A stretch of DNA of 63,960 bases, the filler included, from Pelomyxa schiedti (taxonomy: Eukaryota; Protista; Evosea), in assembly GCA_020536535.1 (NCBI GenBank). It is 11 parts of 11 records of this genome, joined end to end, with 100 filler letters (N's around TTAATTAATTAA, not from the genome) between each part and the next. Parts side by side here need not be neighbours in the genome. Positions count along the whole stretch, not along the records: positions 37,355 to 50,045 come from JAHLWZ010001206.1; positions 50,146 to 51,822 come from JAHLWZ010002343.1; positions 51,923 to 53,409 come from JAHLWZ010002471.1; positions 53,510 to 54,787 come from JAHLWZ010002628.1; positions 54,888 to 55,934 come from JAHLWZ010002940.1; positions 56,035 to 57,072 come from JAHLWZ010002956.1; 5 more parts are not named here. The stretch is one strand, 5' to 3'. A program made the position numbers and the translations under genes. Below are positions 46,019-56,966 of the stretch, one piece after another (positions within the stretch are counted from its first letter, which is position 1; every line of letters starts with the position of its first letter). The notes under the pieces were generated by a model that worked only from the letters and a program-made list of their open reading frames with translations, was not told the DNA's origin and made no database searches.

Positions 46019-48556
46019 TTAAAAGTGAGTAGGCTTTTCTTTGTTATACAGTTGGCAGACTAGAGTCTTTGCCTTTTTGTTTCCTTGGTCCGAAGACAAC
46101 AGTAACCAGCTTATACCCTCCTCGTGTAGCTGCTGTTGTGAATCCACCAAGTTGGTGCTCCTCCCATCCACCAGGAGCACACCCAGCTGGTATTGTGCAG
46201 CACAGTTCCCTTGTTGAGCAGCCAGCCTGTAGAGCCTCATTGCTTCTGTCAAGTCTTTCTTCACGCCAGCCTCATCGCACCCAGTCTCATACAGTGTGGC
46301 TGTGCGGTACTGTCCCTGTGAATCGCCACCCTCTGATGCCATGGAAAGCCACTTCACTGCATCCCTGGTGTTCTTCTTGCAACCATCACCTTCCAGGTTA
46401 CAGCAGCCGAGATCTGCTTGTGCCCACACGTTGCCAAGGTGTGCTGACACATTCCAGTGCTCAATTGCTTCCGTTTTACTTGTGCCTCCTGGGCTGTCAT
46501 ACAACAGCGATCCAATGAAGTACTCAGCCAATGCCCGTGGGACACTGAGACACGAGCTGGTTGGTTCCATGTTTCCCAAACAAGATGATATCGTGTAGTT
46601 GTATTCTCTCTCTGCCTTTGTGAGGTCCACACGCACACCAGCACCACAGAAGTGCATGAATCCACACATCACATGTGCCAATGCTGCAACACCACACCTC
46701 CAGTCAGTAATGACTGGGGAGCTGGTTGTGACTGGTTCGAATGTTGCTGGTGTGGGTGACTGAAACATAGACAAGAGCTTGCGGCGTGCTTTTTGTCTGA
46801 TGGTGGGTGTTGATGGAACCACCAACAAAAAGGCTGCTTCAATGAGAGTGCGGAGAAAACCTTGGGATTCTGGGGCGCACTGTGGGAGCAAGATACACCT
46901 GATGTATCTTCCTGGGGGCCTGGTAAATGGCCCAAGCCTGTGGAAGAGGGAGGGTTTGAAAGACGTTACGAGGTACATCAGCATCAGAGCAACAGCTTCA
47001 GGTTGATTGCATGTGTTTATTGTGCAGCTTGAATGCACATGATATTCATGACGGTCAGCATTGTTGTTGGGGGCACGTATTGCACAAAGGGAGGAACAAG
47101 GGAGCATTTCAAGGCATAACTCAAAGGCCTGTTTGAACTTTCCTTCAACAAAGAGCCTCATTGTCTGCAGTGCAAACTGCACATCATCCCCAACCACTGT
47201 TTGAGGTTAGATTGGCACAGATGTTCTTCCCTCTACTGTGAACCACACCTGAAATGGGCAGGTTTTTGATGCACCTGCAGGCTCCTGTGAAATCTTCTTG
47301 TTTGATATGAAATCTGCCCTCAACATTTACATGACATGCACCCTGCAATGGAAGGGTGATTCCATGTGTTAAAAAGGGGAATTGGGAGTGGGAACAAACC
47401 ACATAGGTACTCCCACTGCTGTGACTAATGAGGACTGGACTGCATGTGATGGCGACAAGTGATGTTTGCATCAGGCTGTTATGTGGATTATCTGCAGCAG
47501 TCTTCAATTGAGTCTGAGATTCCTTCAAATGAGAGACAACAGACTGCACGCATTTCATTTGCAACTTGAGGGCCCTCTTCCTTGCTTCAAAGAATTTGGA
47601 TGTGTTGGCAAGCAGTGTGTTCTTCCTTTTCTTAAGTTCCATCTTAAGTCTGTGGAATGTGCCCTTGATGTGCCCTTCAACTCTCCTTTGACGCTTTTTT
47701 TGTTTGATTATTCTTAGAAATGCAATGTAGTCTTTATCACACCCACCTTGGTGAGGGTCCTGATGGCACACTCAATTTTTTGTGTTGATTCTTCCATGAA
47801 GGCTCCCTCCTCGTTGATGAAATCAAGAATCCCAGGAACCTGCTCCTTTGCTGTTTGTGCCTGCCTTGTAATTGTCACCAATTCGTGAGTGCTGTGGTCA
47901 TCCAAAGCACACTCAGAGCACACGAGGAGCTTGCAAGTGACACAGAACCTCTCCAGTGGCCTGTCAGTATGTAATCCACATTTCCCTGACGAATGTGTCA
48001 AAGTAAGAAGAAAACAATTAGACTTGAACATGGTAGAGAGGCCAATGCGTCGTCGGTTGAATGCAAGTGCAGATCGTCAGGATGACCATGGTCAGACATC
48101 ACGTCCCACACACTGAGCGTTGTGACGCGGTGGCACACCCTGCACTCAATGTCCACTTCCCCGCCGTGCTCCTCCTCCTCCTTTGTTCCGTCCACCTCTT
48201 TGTCACTACTAATTATGGGATTCTTGTTGGTGGTGGCTGCGGGGCCGATGCTGCTCGCGAGTGTTGGCTTTGGCGATGGCGGGGGTGATAGTGGTGGTGA
48301 TTGTGACGATAACGACAAGTAAGCAGATGTGCAGAGTGACACCATGCAGATCCCACATACATTGTGACCACAATCCTGAGGCAAATGGGTTTGCGTGGAA
48401 AAGGCAGAGGGGAATACAACACAATAAAACACAACAAAAAGAACTGTTTACCATTCGAGTGTGGAAGCCATTACTGTCATCGACGCTGGAAATATTTATT
48501 GGTCTGTTGCAGACCCAACAACACACCACCCTCGTGGCACGATCTGTGTGATGCAT
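46019..48556 (-). CDS. TRIM-like RING, B-box and coiled-coil protein with C-terminal SEL1-like repeats, multi-exon
   Basis: RING CWVC..DCGHNVCGIC..ECRVC. B-box CGLHTDRPLERFCVTCKLLVCSECALDDHSTH. Coiled coil. SEL1 repeats AQADLGCCNLEGDGCKKNTRDAVKWL and EAMRLYRLAAQQGNCAAQYQLG. Confidence 0.8.
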
Positions 48557-48575
48557 CAAAGTATTTTCTGTGAAA

Positions 48576-49763
48576 ATGAACTCTATCACGCCGGATCGGC
48601 GGTCTGGTGTTCACCTTGTTTCGCAGTTTGTTGCGCTGAGCACGATGGGACACCCGAGGTGCGGCCGCGACACGCCCCTCGCTCGCGTTTTGCCATTGTG
48701 GGACGGCGTGTCGGCGGCGTCGGTGGCCCGGCTGGTCTGGGAGTGGGCCTCGGGGTGTCCCACAATGCACTTCAGCGTCGAGGCCGCGCCGAGGCTGTTC
48801 ACGTTTGGGGTGTCGCCAATCACACACGGGGTCGTGCCGACGCCACTTCCGAGTTACTCATATGGCTGTTACATGATTGGTGCCAGTCACTTGTATGTGG
48901 TCGAGAGGATGAGGTCATTCCACGTTAGGAGGAGGCTGACGTTCAATTCCTCTGAGAACAAGAAGCCGCCACGTGGGATCAGTGACTGTGGATATGAAAC
49001 CGCGTGGACCCAATTAGGGGAGTACAGTGCCATGAACCACAGGTGGCTTGTTTTGCATGATCCCAGGAACACGAGGGTTGTGATTGGGAACCTGTTGCTG
49101 GAGCCAAGCGGTCTGGGAGACACAGCTCCACTTGAAATTCCAATGCCAGAAAGGGTGAACGTGGTGAATGTATTCATGAACCAGAGCCGCCACGACGAAG
49201 CTGTGCTGGCTTCCGTGCTGCCTGATGCCGTTGAGCTGTGCGTGTTCAACGTTGCGCCGTCCTGGTTTGACCTTCAGTGCACACAGGTTGCTTCGAGAAC
49301 CAGGCTACCTCCTGGAAGCATCTCCAAAACATGCTCGATTCCAATGGTTCTTGTTCTTCAGACCGAATCAAAGGAGCGTTCCTTCGTTGTGATGGTTTAC
49401 AGCTCCAAATTCATCCTCCTCCAGTTCAGGGAGTGCACTTCAGGCTCACATGAAACCAACACAACCGTTTACAACTTCACCGAAGGCAGTGTTGCTCTGT
49501 CACAGTTGAATGAGAGGCTTTTTTGTGTGTCCTGCCCAAACAGGCTGGAGATTTGGGATTGCAACAGTCCCTCGCGTTCCCTGAGGATTGTGGACCACGT
49601 TGAACACTGCCAGATGGCAATTGCGCATTCTGGGTTCCTGTTCCACATGAGGGATGATTACTGCATCGTTGTCACTGATTATGATTCTGGTTCCACAGTG
49701 ATCACATTGGAAACTCCACTGTCAGAGAACAAAATTGGTCACCTTTTCTCGTTCTTGTTGTGA
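48576..49763 (+). CDS. Expanded intronless family member (paralogue of 43477-44925)
   Basis: SQFVALSTMGHPRCGRDTPLARVLPLW..FGVSPITHG..GHLFSFLL. Confidence 0.85.
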   Translation: MNSITPDRRSGVHLVSQFVALSTMGHPRCGRDTPLARVLPLWDGVSAASVARLVWEWASGCPTMHFSVEAAPRLFTFGVSPITHGVVPTPLPSYSYGCYMIGASHLYVVERMRSFHVRRRLTFNSSENKKPPRGISDCGYETAWTQLGEYSAMNHRWLVLHDPRNTRVVIGNLLLEPSGLGDTAPLEIPMPERVNVVNVFMNQSRHDEAVLASVLPDAVELCVFNVAPSWFDLQCTQVASRTRLPPGSISKTCSIPMVLVLQTESKERSFVVMVYSSKFILLQFRECTSGSHETNTTVYNFTEGSVALSQLNERLFCVSCPNRLEIWDCNSPSRSLRIVDHVEHCQMAIAHSGFLFHMRDDYCIVVTDYDSGSTVITLETPLSENKIGHLFSFLL

Positions 49764-49977
49764 GTGCGCTAATTGAATAACAGAAGCGCTTCAGTGTGTC
49801 TATTGTCGTTTGCTCATAACCACAGTAACCCACTATGCCTTCTCCAGCCGCCACGTTGTACAGCCCTGGTGATTTTGGTCGGCAACAGGATCACCAAGCG
49901 CCGGCTTTCTTCTACAACCCAAAAAACCGATCAGGGAGTTGTTCAGCGAACAGCCTAAACCTAATCACAGTCTGTGG

Positions 49978-50045
49978 ATGGTCAATCTTGTTTCGCAGTT
50001 TGTTGCACTGTGCACGATGGGGCACCCGAGGTGCGGCCACGACAC
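49978..50045 (+). CDS. Start of another tandem family member, cut by the contig end
   Basis: MVNLVSQFVALCTMGHPRCGHD. Confidence 0.7.
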
Positions 50046-50396
50046 NNNNNNNNNNNNNNNNNNNNNNNNNNNNNNNNNNNNNNNNNNNNTTAATTAATTA
50101 ANNNNNNNNNNNNNNNNNNNNNNNNNNNNNNNNNNNNNNNNNNNNGTGGTTGTACTAGGCGTTGTTTCAGCACTTTTCTTTTCCTCACATGGGTGTGGAG
50201 GGGTGGTGTCGGGAATTGGTTGGTGACTGTGGGATTTGTGGGTTTGGGTGTGGTGTGTGAGGCTTGCTTGTTGGTGTTCTGAAGAGTTCTGATTGGAAGA
50301 ATGGTGCTGGGTGGAATTGTGCCTGGAAGAGTAATGCGGGTGATCAGAATTGTTGATTTTTGAATTGAAATCAAAAAGTAGTTACCACTCTTTTCA

Positions 50397-51710
50397 TCAA
50401 AAAAATTGGATAGGGGTGATACTATGGGGAAGAGAGAACACACCAATGTGGAATCCTGTGGCCCCATCATGAAGTGACAACTCGTAACTGTTGTTTGAGG
50501 AATCAGTGGAGGTGGCAGTGGAAAGTATGAGGGCGGAAAGATCAAGGCTTGGTGTGACCCATGTGCAGGAGGGAACAGAAAGGGATTCCACCAAATGTGA
50601 AGACAACAAGTCGCCAGTGTGATAAACCAAGAAGCTGGTCACTTTATTTGAAGAAGAATTGCAAACAAGAACATGATTCTGGTCCAGTGTGGTCACTTTC
50701 TGTGCATGTGGGAAGGTGGCCCTGAGATTGCCTGTTGTTATATCTCTCAGAGTGAAGGAGCTGTCTTCTAAATCCAGTTCACACAGAGTGCCATCATTCA
50801 ACTCTTGAATACCCAGTTCTAGTTTGGGAAAGAGTGTATTGCAGAGGAAAAACTTTGATTTTACCACCAGCTCCATTGTCTGAGAAGTTGCATTCAAGTC
50901 AACAATCACAATGCGTCTGCCATGGAAACCTTCACAGGCAAAGTAGAAAATATCATCAACACTAGACTGTGAGAACTGACTTGGGCGGAGCAGCCTCAAT
51001 CCACATGACTTTTCAATTGCAGTAAGATTCAGAGAGATCCCCTTTCCAGCAGGACGACCAGAAGCTACTTTCAAGATGAAAATCCCAGACCAAGAATGAC
51101 CCACAATCCAGTTTCTGCTGCACTTCAACTGTTCCACGGCCTCCCAACTCGCTCCAAGCATTGTAGCTCCCTCAACGCCATGCTTCAGTTGTTTCTGTTG
51201 TGTCACATCACCTACATCGAGTATCCCATAATTGTAGTAGCTGCACAGATCGTGATCAACTCTGGCCAGTGACTGCACCACAACCGTTCCAGGGCCAATC
51301 ACGCCCACGCAGCAGCAAAGTGTGTCACTTGCCAATCTGAAATAAGAGTGGCACACAACGCCAAGCGTCGGTGACACACTCACGCACATGTATGAACACT
51401 CACCACAGGGATCCTGTGGCAGCCTGAACACAGCATCAGACTCGGGCCTGAGAACCCAATCCTCAGCCCAACTCCGGAACATCGCTGGCGATTTGATCCA
51501 CTGAACCAAGGCCGATGGTAGTAATGATGGAGATACTGATGGTGGTTCTGCTGCTGCTGTAGCAAAAGAGTGTTCAGGTTTCAGACCCACGGCACAGCAG
51601 ACAGCAAGTACCTGTGACTTGGCAGTGGTCATAACCATGCTTTTTTGTGATGAGAATGAGGTTGGTGTGTTGCCTATTGATTTGGAATTGAAACGGAGGG
51701 ATTGCCCCAT
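50397..51710 (-). CDS. Expanded intronless family member (divergent)
   Basis: TTAKSQVLAVCC..WAEDWVL..VSVSPTLGVV..SRNWIV..VDLNATSQTMELVV..HDGATG. Confidence 0.75.
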   Translation of the reverse strand: MGQSLRFNSKSIGNTPTSFSSQKSMVMTTAKSQVLAVCCAVGLKPEHSFATAAAEPPSVSPSLLPSALVQWIKSPAMFRSWAEDWVLRPESDAVFRLPQDPCGECSYMCVSVSPTLGVVCHSYFRLASDTLCCCVGVIGPGTVVVQSLARVDHDLCSYYNYGILDVGDVTQQKQLKHGVEGATMLGASWEAVEQLKCSRNWIVGHSWSGIFILKVASGRPAGKGISLNLTAIEKSCGLRLLRPSQFSQSSVDDIFYFACEGFHGRRIVIVDLNATSQTMELVVKSKFFLCNTLFPKLELGIQELNDGTLCELDLEDSSFTLRDITTGNLRATFPHAQKVTTLDQNHVLVCNSSSNKVTSFLVYHTGDLLSSHLVESLSVPSCTWVTPSLDLSALILSTATSTDSSNNSYELSLHDGATGFHIGVFSLPHSITPIQFF

Positions 51711-52620
51711 CACCACATTCACTTTACTTGTATTGTCGGAAATGGGCAATAATAATGACGGCGATGGTTATGAGGAGTACTTTTGTTTAGCACCGTTAGT
51801 TTTTCAATGAAAAAATGGAATGNNNNNNNNNNNNNNNNNNNNNNNNNNNNNNNNNNNNNNNNNNNNTTAATTAATTAANNNNNNNNNNNNNNNNNNNNNN
51901 NNNNNNNNNNNNNNNNNNNNNNTTTTTGCCCTTGCCCTTGTTCCTTGGTGTAGGACTGATGATTTGTTTCTATAACAGGACCTGAAGGCCAAACTGAAAG
52001 CTGCGGGGGTTGACTTTTCTGGTTGCAGTGAGAAATCTGAGCTGGTGTCTCTGGCAAGTAAAAACCTCAAGCTGTAGCCTGTGTCTATGTTTATAAATGT
52101 CCAAGTAGTTTGCTTTCAAGAATGAACCTGAATTGTTAGCTTCCCAGCCTTTCTTGATCAATACTATGTTACACAGGTGAACAACGTTAGGTTGGTGGAT
52201 AGCTTCTTGGTGGAATCATGGTTCATGGGTGGGGTTGTTGTGGCTGTGTTGGGTACGGCAGAGTACAGTTCAGTAGAGTACAGCCAGTTCCACACAGCCA
52301 ACGAAATCACCTCAACAAACATCGTTCCCAGGGGTCGAAGCTCCAAGTTGGGTTCATCATGACGGCAGAATTGTCACCAAACTGAGACCAGTACTGCTCA
52401 CTACCAACACCGTTCATACAACGAAACACAACGACAGGGTAGTTTCGAACAACAATACTGCGTGCACCTCTGGGAGCAAAAACTTTCCGCGCCAATATTT
52501 TTAGTTTTTAAGGGAAAAAAATAAAAATAAAAATAAAAAAGGAGAAGAGGCGGGGGAAGCAAACCGGAAAGGCGTCATACAAACTGCTACAGACAGGGAG
52601 GAATCTTCTGGAGTGCAGCA

Positions 52621-52750
52621 GTGCATTTTGGGAGCAGCGGTGGTGCATTTGGGAGCAGCAAGGCGCATTTGGGAGCATTTGGGGGAGCAAAGAGTGGGTG
52701 GTTTGAGAGCAAGCATTTGGGGAGCAGAGCAGCTTGGGAGCATTTGGGTG
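52621..52750. repeat. Irregular array of GCATTT(T)GGG(G)AGCA motifs
   Basis: About six dispersed copies of the motif within 130 bp. Confidence 0.75.
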
Positions 52751-53233
52751 GTGCATGCATCATTTTTGGGGATAGTGGGGTGGGATACATAATATCATCC
52801 CTTATTGCAAGCCAGATGCGTCGCACTCATGTGTAGTTCAGAAACAAAACAGTTTTTTAATGTTTGGGTTTGGCCTAGATCTCGTGTCTTGGTATGTGTC
52901 TGCGGTTGGTGCCGCTTAGCCCCTGAAACGTCATCAACCCCCTTTGTCTGGAAACGCCTTCCTTTAAAATCAAAAACCGCAACCCATAGGACAAAGGGAA
53001 AAAAAAACCTACCTTTAAATAGGAAGGTCACTGTGACAAGTATGGCCCCAACGCGTAGCAGACCAAGAAAAACGGACCCGCCGAAGAAAGAAAATAGGTT
53101 CACAAGGAGCGGAAAGCACATCTCAAAGAGCAAGGGTATCCGTATCAGAACCAGTCCCCACTGTGTTACGATTAGTATCGTAAATTTTTAACTAAAAAGG
53201 ATAATAAAGTAAATACTGTACAAACCCAAGGTC

Positions 53234-53409
53234 TACACCGGTGTGCAAATGACCGGAGAATTGAGCGTTCAAAATGACAGGTTGATGGGGCGTTTTTTGA
53301 AGATACCACCATCAAAAAATCGGAGTTTGGGGGGCTCTTTACACTTGGCGGGGTTCGCGATTTTGCGGTTGGAACTTGGGGAGAGAAAACAGAAAAACAA
53401 AGAAAAATA
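53234..53409 (+). mobile_element. Weak candidate TA-CACCGG terminus running to the contig end
   Basis: TACACCGGTGTGCAAATGA shares only the first ~14 nt pattern with the other copies. Confidence 0.2.
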
Positions 53410-53509
53410 NNNNNNNNNNNNNNNNNNNNNNNNNNNNNNNNNNNNNNNNNNNNTTAATTAATTAANNNNNNNNNNNNNNNNNNNNNNNNNNNNNNNNNNN
53501 NNNNNNNNN

Positions 53510-54787
53510 TGGGTGCTCGTCTACTGCATCGGCCGCGCGTGGGTCGTGGCCCCCGCCCGCGCGGGGCTCCTCACCGTCGTCATGACGCCGGCCGAGGACT
53601 GCACCGAGTGGGACAGCTCGTTCCGCAGCTCCCGAGACGTGCACGTCGTGTTCAGCGTGACGCACACCCTGGGCCTCCTCATGATGCCGACTTGCGCTCG
53701 CGTCGACTCCTCGGTCATCGGGTGGATCCGCCCCGGCTCCATTGTGGGGTGCTCGTACGAAATACACGACGAGTGCCTGACACTCGCAATTGTGGGAAAG
53801 AAAGAGAAGCCGGTCCAGGAGCTGGTCACTGGGCCTGATAGTACTTGGTGGCCTATTTCTGTGTGCAACAGGAAGTGGATTGTGATGTCACCAAGGGGGT
53901 CAATGGCTCTGATGGTGTGGAGGGTGGTTGAGGCTGTGAGTGGTCCTGGTGTTGCTGCCGAGAAGGTGGTTGACTGGTCTGGGTTGAAGTGGATGAGAAA
54001 TTTGAAGTACATCAAGTTCTTTTCTGAGGCATGCGGGGATGATGTTGAGTTCTCTGATCTGCTGCACATGTTTTTCCTGGAATCCAGGGGTGATGATATG
54101 TTCCTCTCTTTGTTGAAGCTCGACCTGAGGAATTTGAGGCAGGGTTCTGTGGTAACACATCCAAAATTCGACACAGAGTGCAATTTAACATTGTCAGGAA
54201 TGCCTTGGGGCAGTCTATGCACACCACTTTTCAACAGGGTAGAAAGCAAGTATTACATTCCCTTCACTCAAAAGCTTTCAGGAAGGAAGGTTCAACAGCT
54301 GTTGGACTTGAGCACAGGGCACACTTTCACATGGTTGGATGACAGCTCTGGTCTTGAGGTGCATGCAGTTGATGACTCACACCTAGCAACAACAACAAGT
54401 GACCACTCCTCAACCTCAGTGTTTTCCCTATCCTCACTCCGTTCCCCCATCACCAATCCCCATGCAACCCCATGCATGACACTCCATCACCAATCAGGAA
54501 CTCAGTCTGTGATTTCAGGCTGCGGGATTGTTGTTACCAGCAAGGTGGTGCCGGCACCTCCAACAACACTGTCAGTATTGCTGCTGTCCCACAATCACCA
54601 CCCATCGTCAGATATTTGCTTTGGGTCTCCATACAACACGGCTGTAGTGACTACCATCTCAACCACGCACACGTTCACAGATGCTGTGTCTGGAAACTTC
54701 TTGTTCAGCATCAGCTTGCCTCATGGAATACTCCCACAGTCCCTCGTTCCTCTCCCTTTCAGGAATCCCAAAGTTTTCACATTTTGA
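53510..54787 (+). CDS. Expanded intronless family member, 5' truncated
   Basis: IGRAWVV..FSVTHTLGLL..CNRKWIV..SGCGIVV..FTDAVSG. Confidence 0.75.
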   Translation, partial: WVLVYCIGRAWVVAPARAGLLTVVMTPAEDCTEWDSSFRSSRDVHVVFSVTHTLGLLMMPTCARVDSSVIGWIRPGSIVGCSYEIHDECLTLAIVGKKEKPVQELVTGPDSTWWPISVCNRKWIVMSPRGSMALMVWRVVEAVSGPGVAAEKVVDWSGLKWMRNLKYIKFFSEACGDDVEFSDLLHMFFLESRGDDMFLSLLKLDLRNLRQGSVVTHPKFDTECNLTLSGMPWGSLCTPLFNRVESKYYIPFTQKLSGRKVQQLLDLSTGHTFTWLDDSSGLEVHAVDDSHLATTTSDHSSTSVFSLSSLRSPITNPHATPCMTLHHQSGTQSVISGCGIVVTSKVVPAPPTTLSVLLLSHNHHPSSDICFGSPYNTAVVTTISTTHTFTDAVSGNFLFSISLPHGILPQSLVPLPFRNPKVFTF

Positions 54788-54946
54788 NNNNNNNNNNNNN
54801 NNNNNNNNNNNNNNNNNNNNNNNNNNNNNNNTTAATTAATTAANNNNNNNNNNNNNNNNNNNNNNNNNNNNNNNNNNNNNNNNNNNNCCCCCGCAACAAC
54901 ACCATCGGCCCCGAGAACCACTACTACGCCGACGACGACGAGGGAG

Positions 54947-55934
54947 ATGGCGCTGGAGCGCGCCGTGACGGAGTCCCGCGTGGTGTGGGACGCCGTCCTC
55001 GTGCCCTGGCTCGTGCCCGAGATGCGCCGCCCCGGCAGCGGCTGCAGCGACCGAGGCGACGGCGGCGCACCGACGCTGTCCTCGACGCAGGCGGTGGATC
55101 TGTGCGTGGTGGGCGAGGCGCTGTTCCCGCTGAGGGGACTCGTGCGCAGGGCCCTCGTGGCACACACCTACAAATGGCACGCGGCCCTGCTCGCGGCGGC
55201 CGAGGCAGGGAGCACCTCGTGCGTGGACTGGCTCATCGCGTCGAGGAGGAGGAGTACGGCCGCGAGAGGGAACGAGGAGGAGCAGGGGGAGGGGGAGGCA
55301 GAGCGAGAGGGAGATGGTGATGGTGGTGGTGCACCTCAGCAGCAGAGGGCCATCACTGAGAGGATGCAGAGGAGGAGGAGGGAGAACAAGGAGTTCATGT
55401 GCGTGCTCGGGGGGCTGTGTGTGGGCGGGCACCTGGGGGAGGCCCAGAGGCTCGTCGGAGGGGGCTGGCCTGGCCTCACGTGGGTGGGTGTTGATGTCGA
55501 TGTGGTCGGTTGTGGGAGCGGGAGTGGGAGTGGGAGTTACTGGGGAGAGCAAGATTTGCATGACCATGTGAGGGCATCTGGGATACTGTTGGGTGTGTGT
55601 CGGAGGGGATGGACTGACGTGGCCAAGTGGCTGGTCCAGAGGTTTGGGTTCAGGGATCCGTCGGAGTTTCTGCAGCCACTTGAGGGTGCACTGGCTGGGG
55701 GCCACTTGGAGTTGGCTCAGTGGATGGTTGGCACATTTGGTTTGGTGGAAAGGTTCCGGAGATACAGCTATGTTGAGTTGCACGCAAAGGCATGCAGGAG
55801 TGAGAATCTGGAGGTTGTCAAGTGGTGCTTTGAAATGTTTCCTAAATTGACTGTGGCTTCTTCATCCTTGACTTTCACGAGCTGCATTGCAGGCAAGACC
55901 AGCAGCTGTCTTGAAATCTGTCAGTATGTGAGGA
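54947..55934 (+). CDS. Divergent ankyrin-repeat protein, 3' truncated
   Basis: AAAEAGSTSCVDWL, GLCVGGHLGEAQRL, GVCRRGWTDVAKWLV, ALAGGHLELAQWMV, ACRSENLEVVKW. Confidence 0.75.
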
Positions 55935-56034
55935 NNNNNNNNNNNNNNNNNNNNNNNNNNNNNNNNNNNNNNNNNNNNTTAATTAATTAANNNNNNNNNN
56001 NNNNNNNNNNNNNNNNNNNNNNNNNNNNNNNNNN

Positions 56035-56966
56035 ATCTGAGCTAGAGTAGTGAAGGCTTGCATTGAATGACATCGTGAAATTCTGTCCGAGTAGAAGGAT
56101 AATGTCCCAATAATTAGTTGAGCGGCATCACTCAAGTCGATTTCGGTGGCTGGGATGGAAAGGTTTTCAAGTGAGCCCCACAAATGAACAATACCGCTTT
56201 TAATTTTTAATTTTTAATTTTTAATTTTTGTTTTTGTTTTTGTTTGTGCTTTGATTGTAAGTTTTGTTGATAATAGGGTTTGCTTTGGCCTTCAAGTGTC
56301 ACAGTTGTGGCACACACATGCAGTAGCGGGCTGGCCTCCAGCCTGCTGATTTGGCTCCTGTGCAGCAGCGACACCCCCGCCACTACTACTGCTGCTACTA
56401 GCACTATCCCCATCACAACAACCAGGTGAGCTACTAGCACTAGTACTAGTGCTGCTAGTAGTGGTGGCGCCGGGGTGTGGTGCGTGGGCGGCGTGGAGGG
56501 TGTCCACGAGGCTGCGCAACGCGGCGGTGCGGGCGGGCACAGACGACGACCCCACGGCGTGGGCCACGCAGCACGACGACACCGCCGCCGGGCGCAGTTG
56601 CCCCACCGCCGCCGCAGCCGCGCTGTCCCCTCCCCCTCCGCGTCTCTTTTCCCGTTTCCCCTTGCTGCTGCTGCTGCTTGTTGTCGTTGTTGATGATGTT
56701 GTGTGTTCTGTTGCCGATGGTGACGATGATGATACTGCTTCTGCTGTTGGTGGGGTAGGTGTCGAGTGAGTGTGTTGGTGCTGGTCTAGCTCACCTTCCA
56801 CGAGTGAGCTACTGGCCGTCGTGGTGGCTGCTGTGGGTGTCGCTTCTGGTTGTTGTTGTTGCTGGTGTGTTGGTGGTGGTGGCGTGGTGGCGGTGGGTGC
56901 TGATATTGGTGGTTGTGGTTGTGGCGGCTTGGGCGCCGACGATGCTGATGTCTCGTCGCTGCTCAT
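56035..56966 (-). CDS. GCN1: N-terminal exons of GCN1 (eIF2-alpha kinase activator), truncated by the contig end
   Basis: VAHAVGSSSVPARTAALRSL and AAQLIIGTLSFYSDRISRCHSMQAFTTLAQ resemble the GCN1 N-terminal motifs (V.T.S...R...L; L...TL..Y.D..SR), recalled from the human sequence. Confidence 0.6.

Noticed and set aside
51922-52495. Coding-like fragments on the minus strand
   Set aside because: Frames are interrupted and I cannot assign a product.
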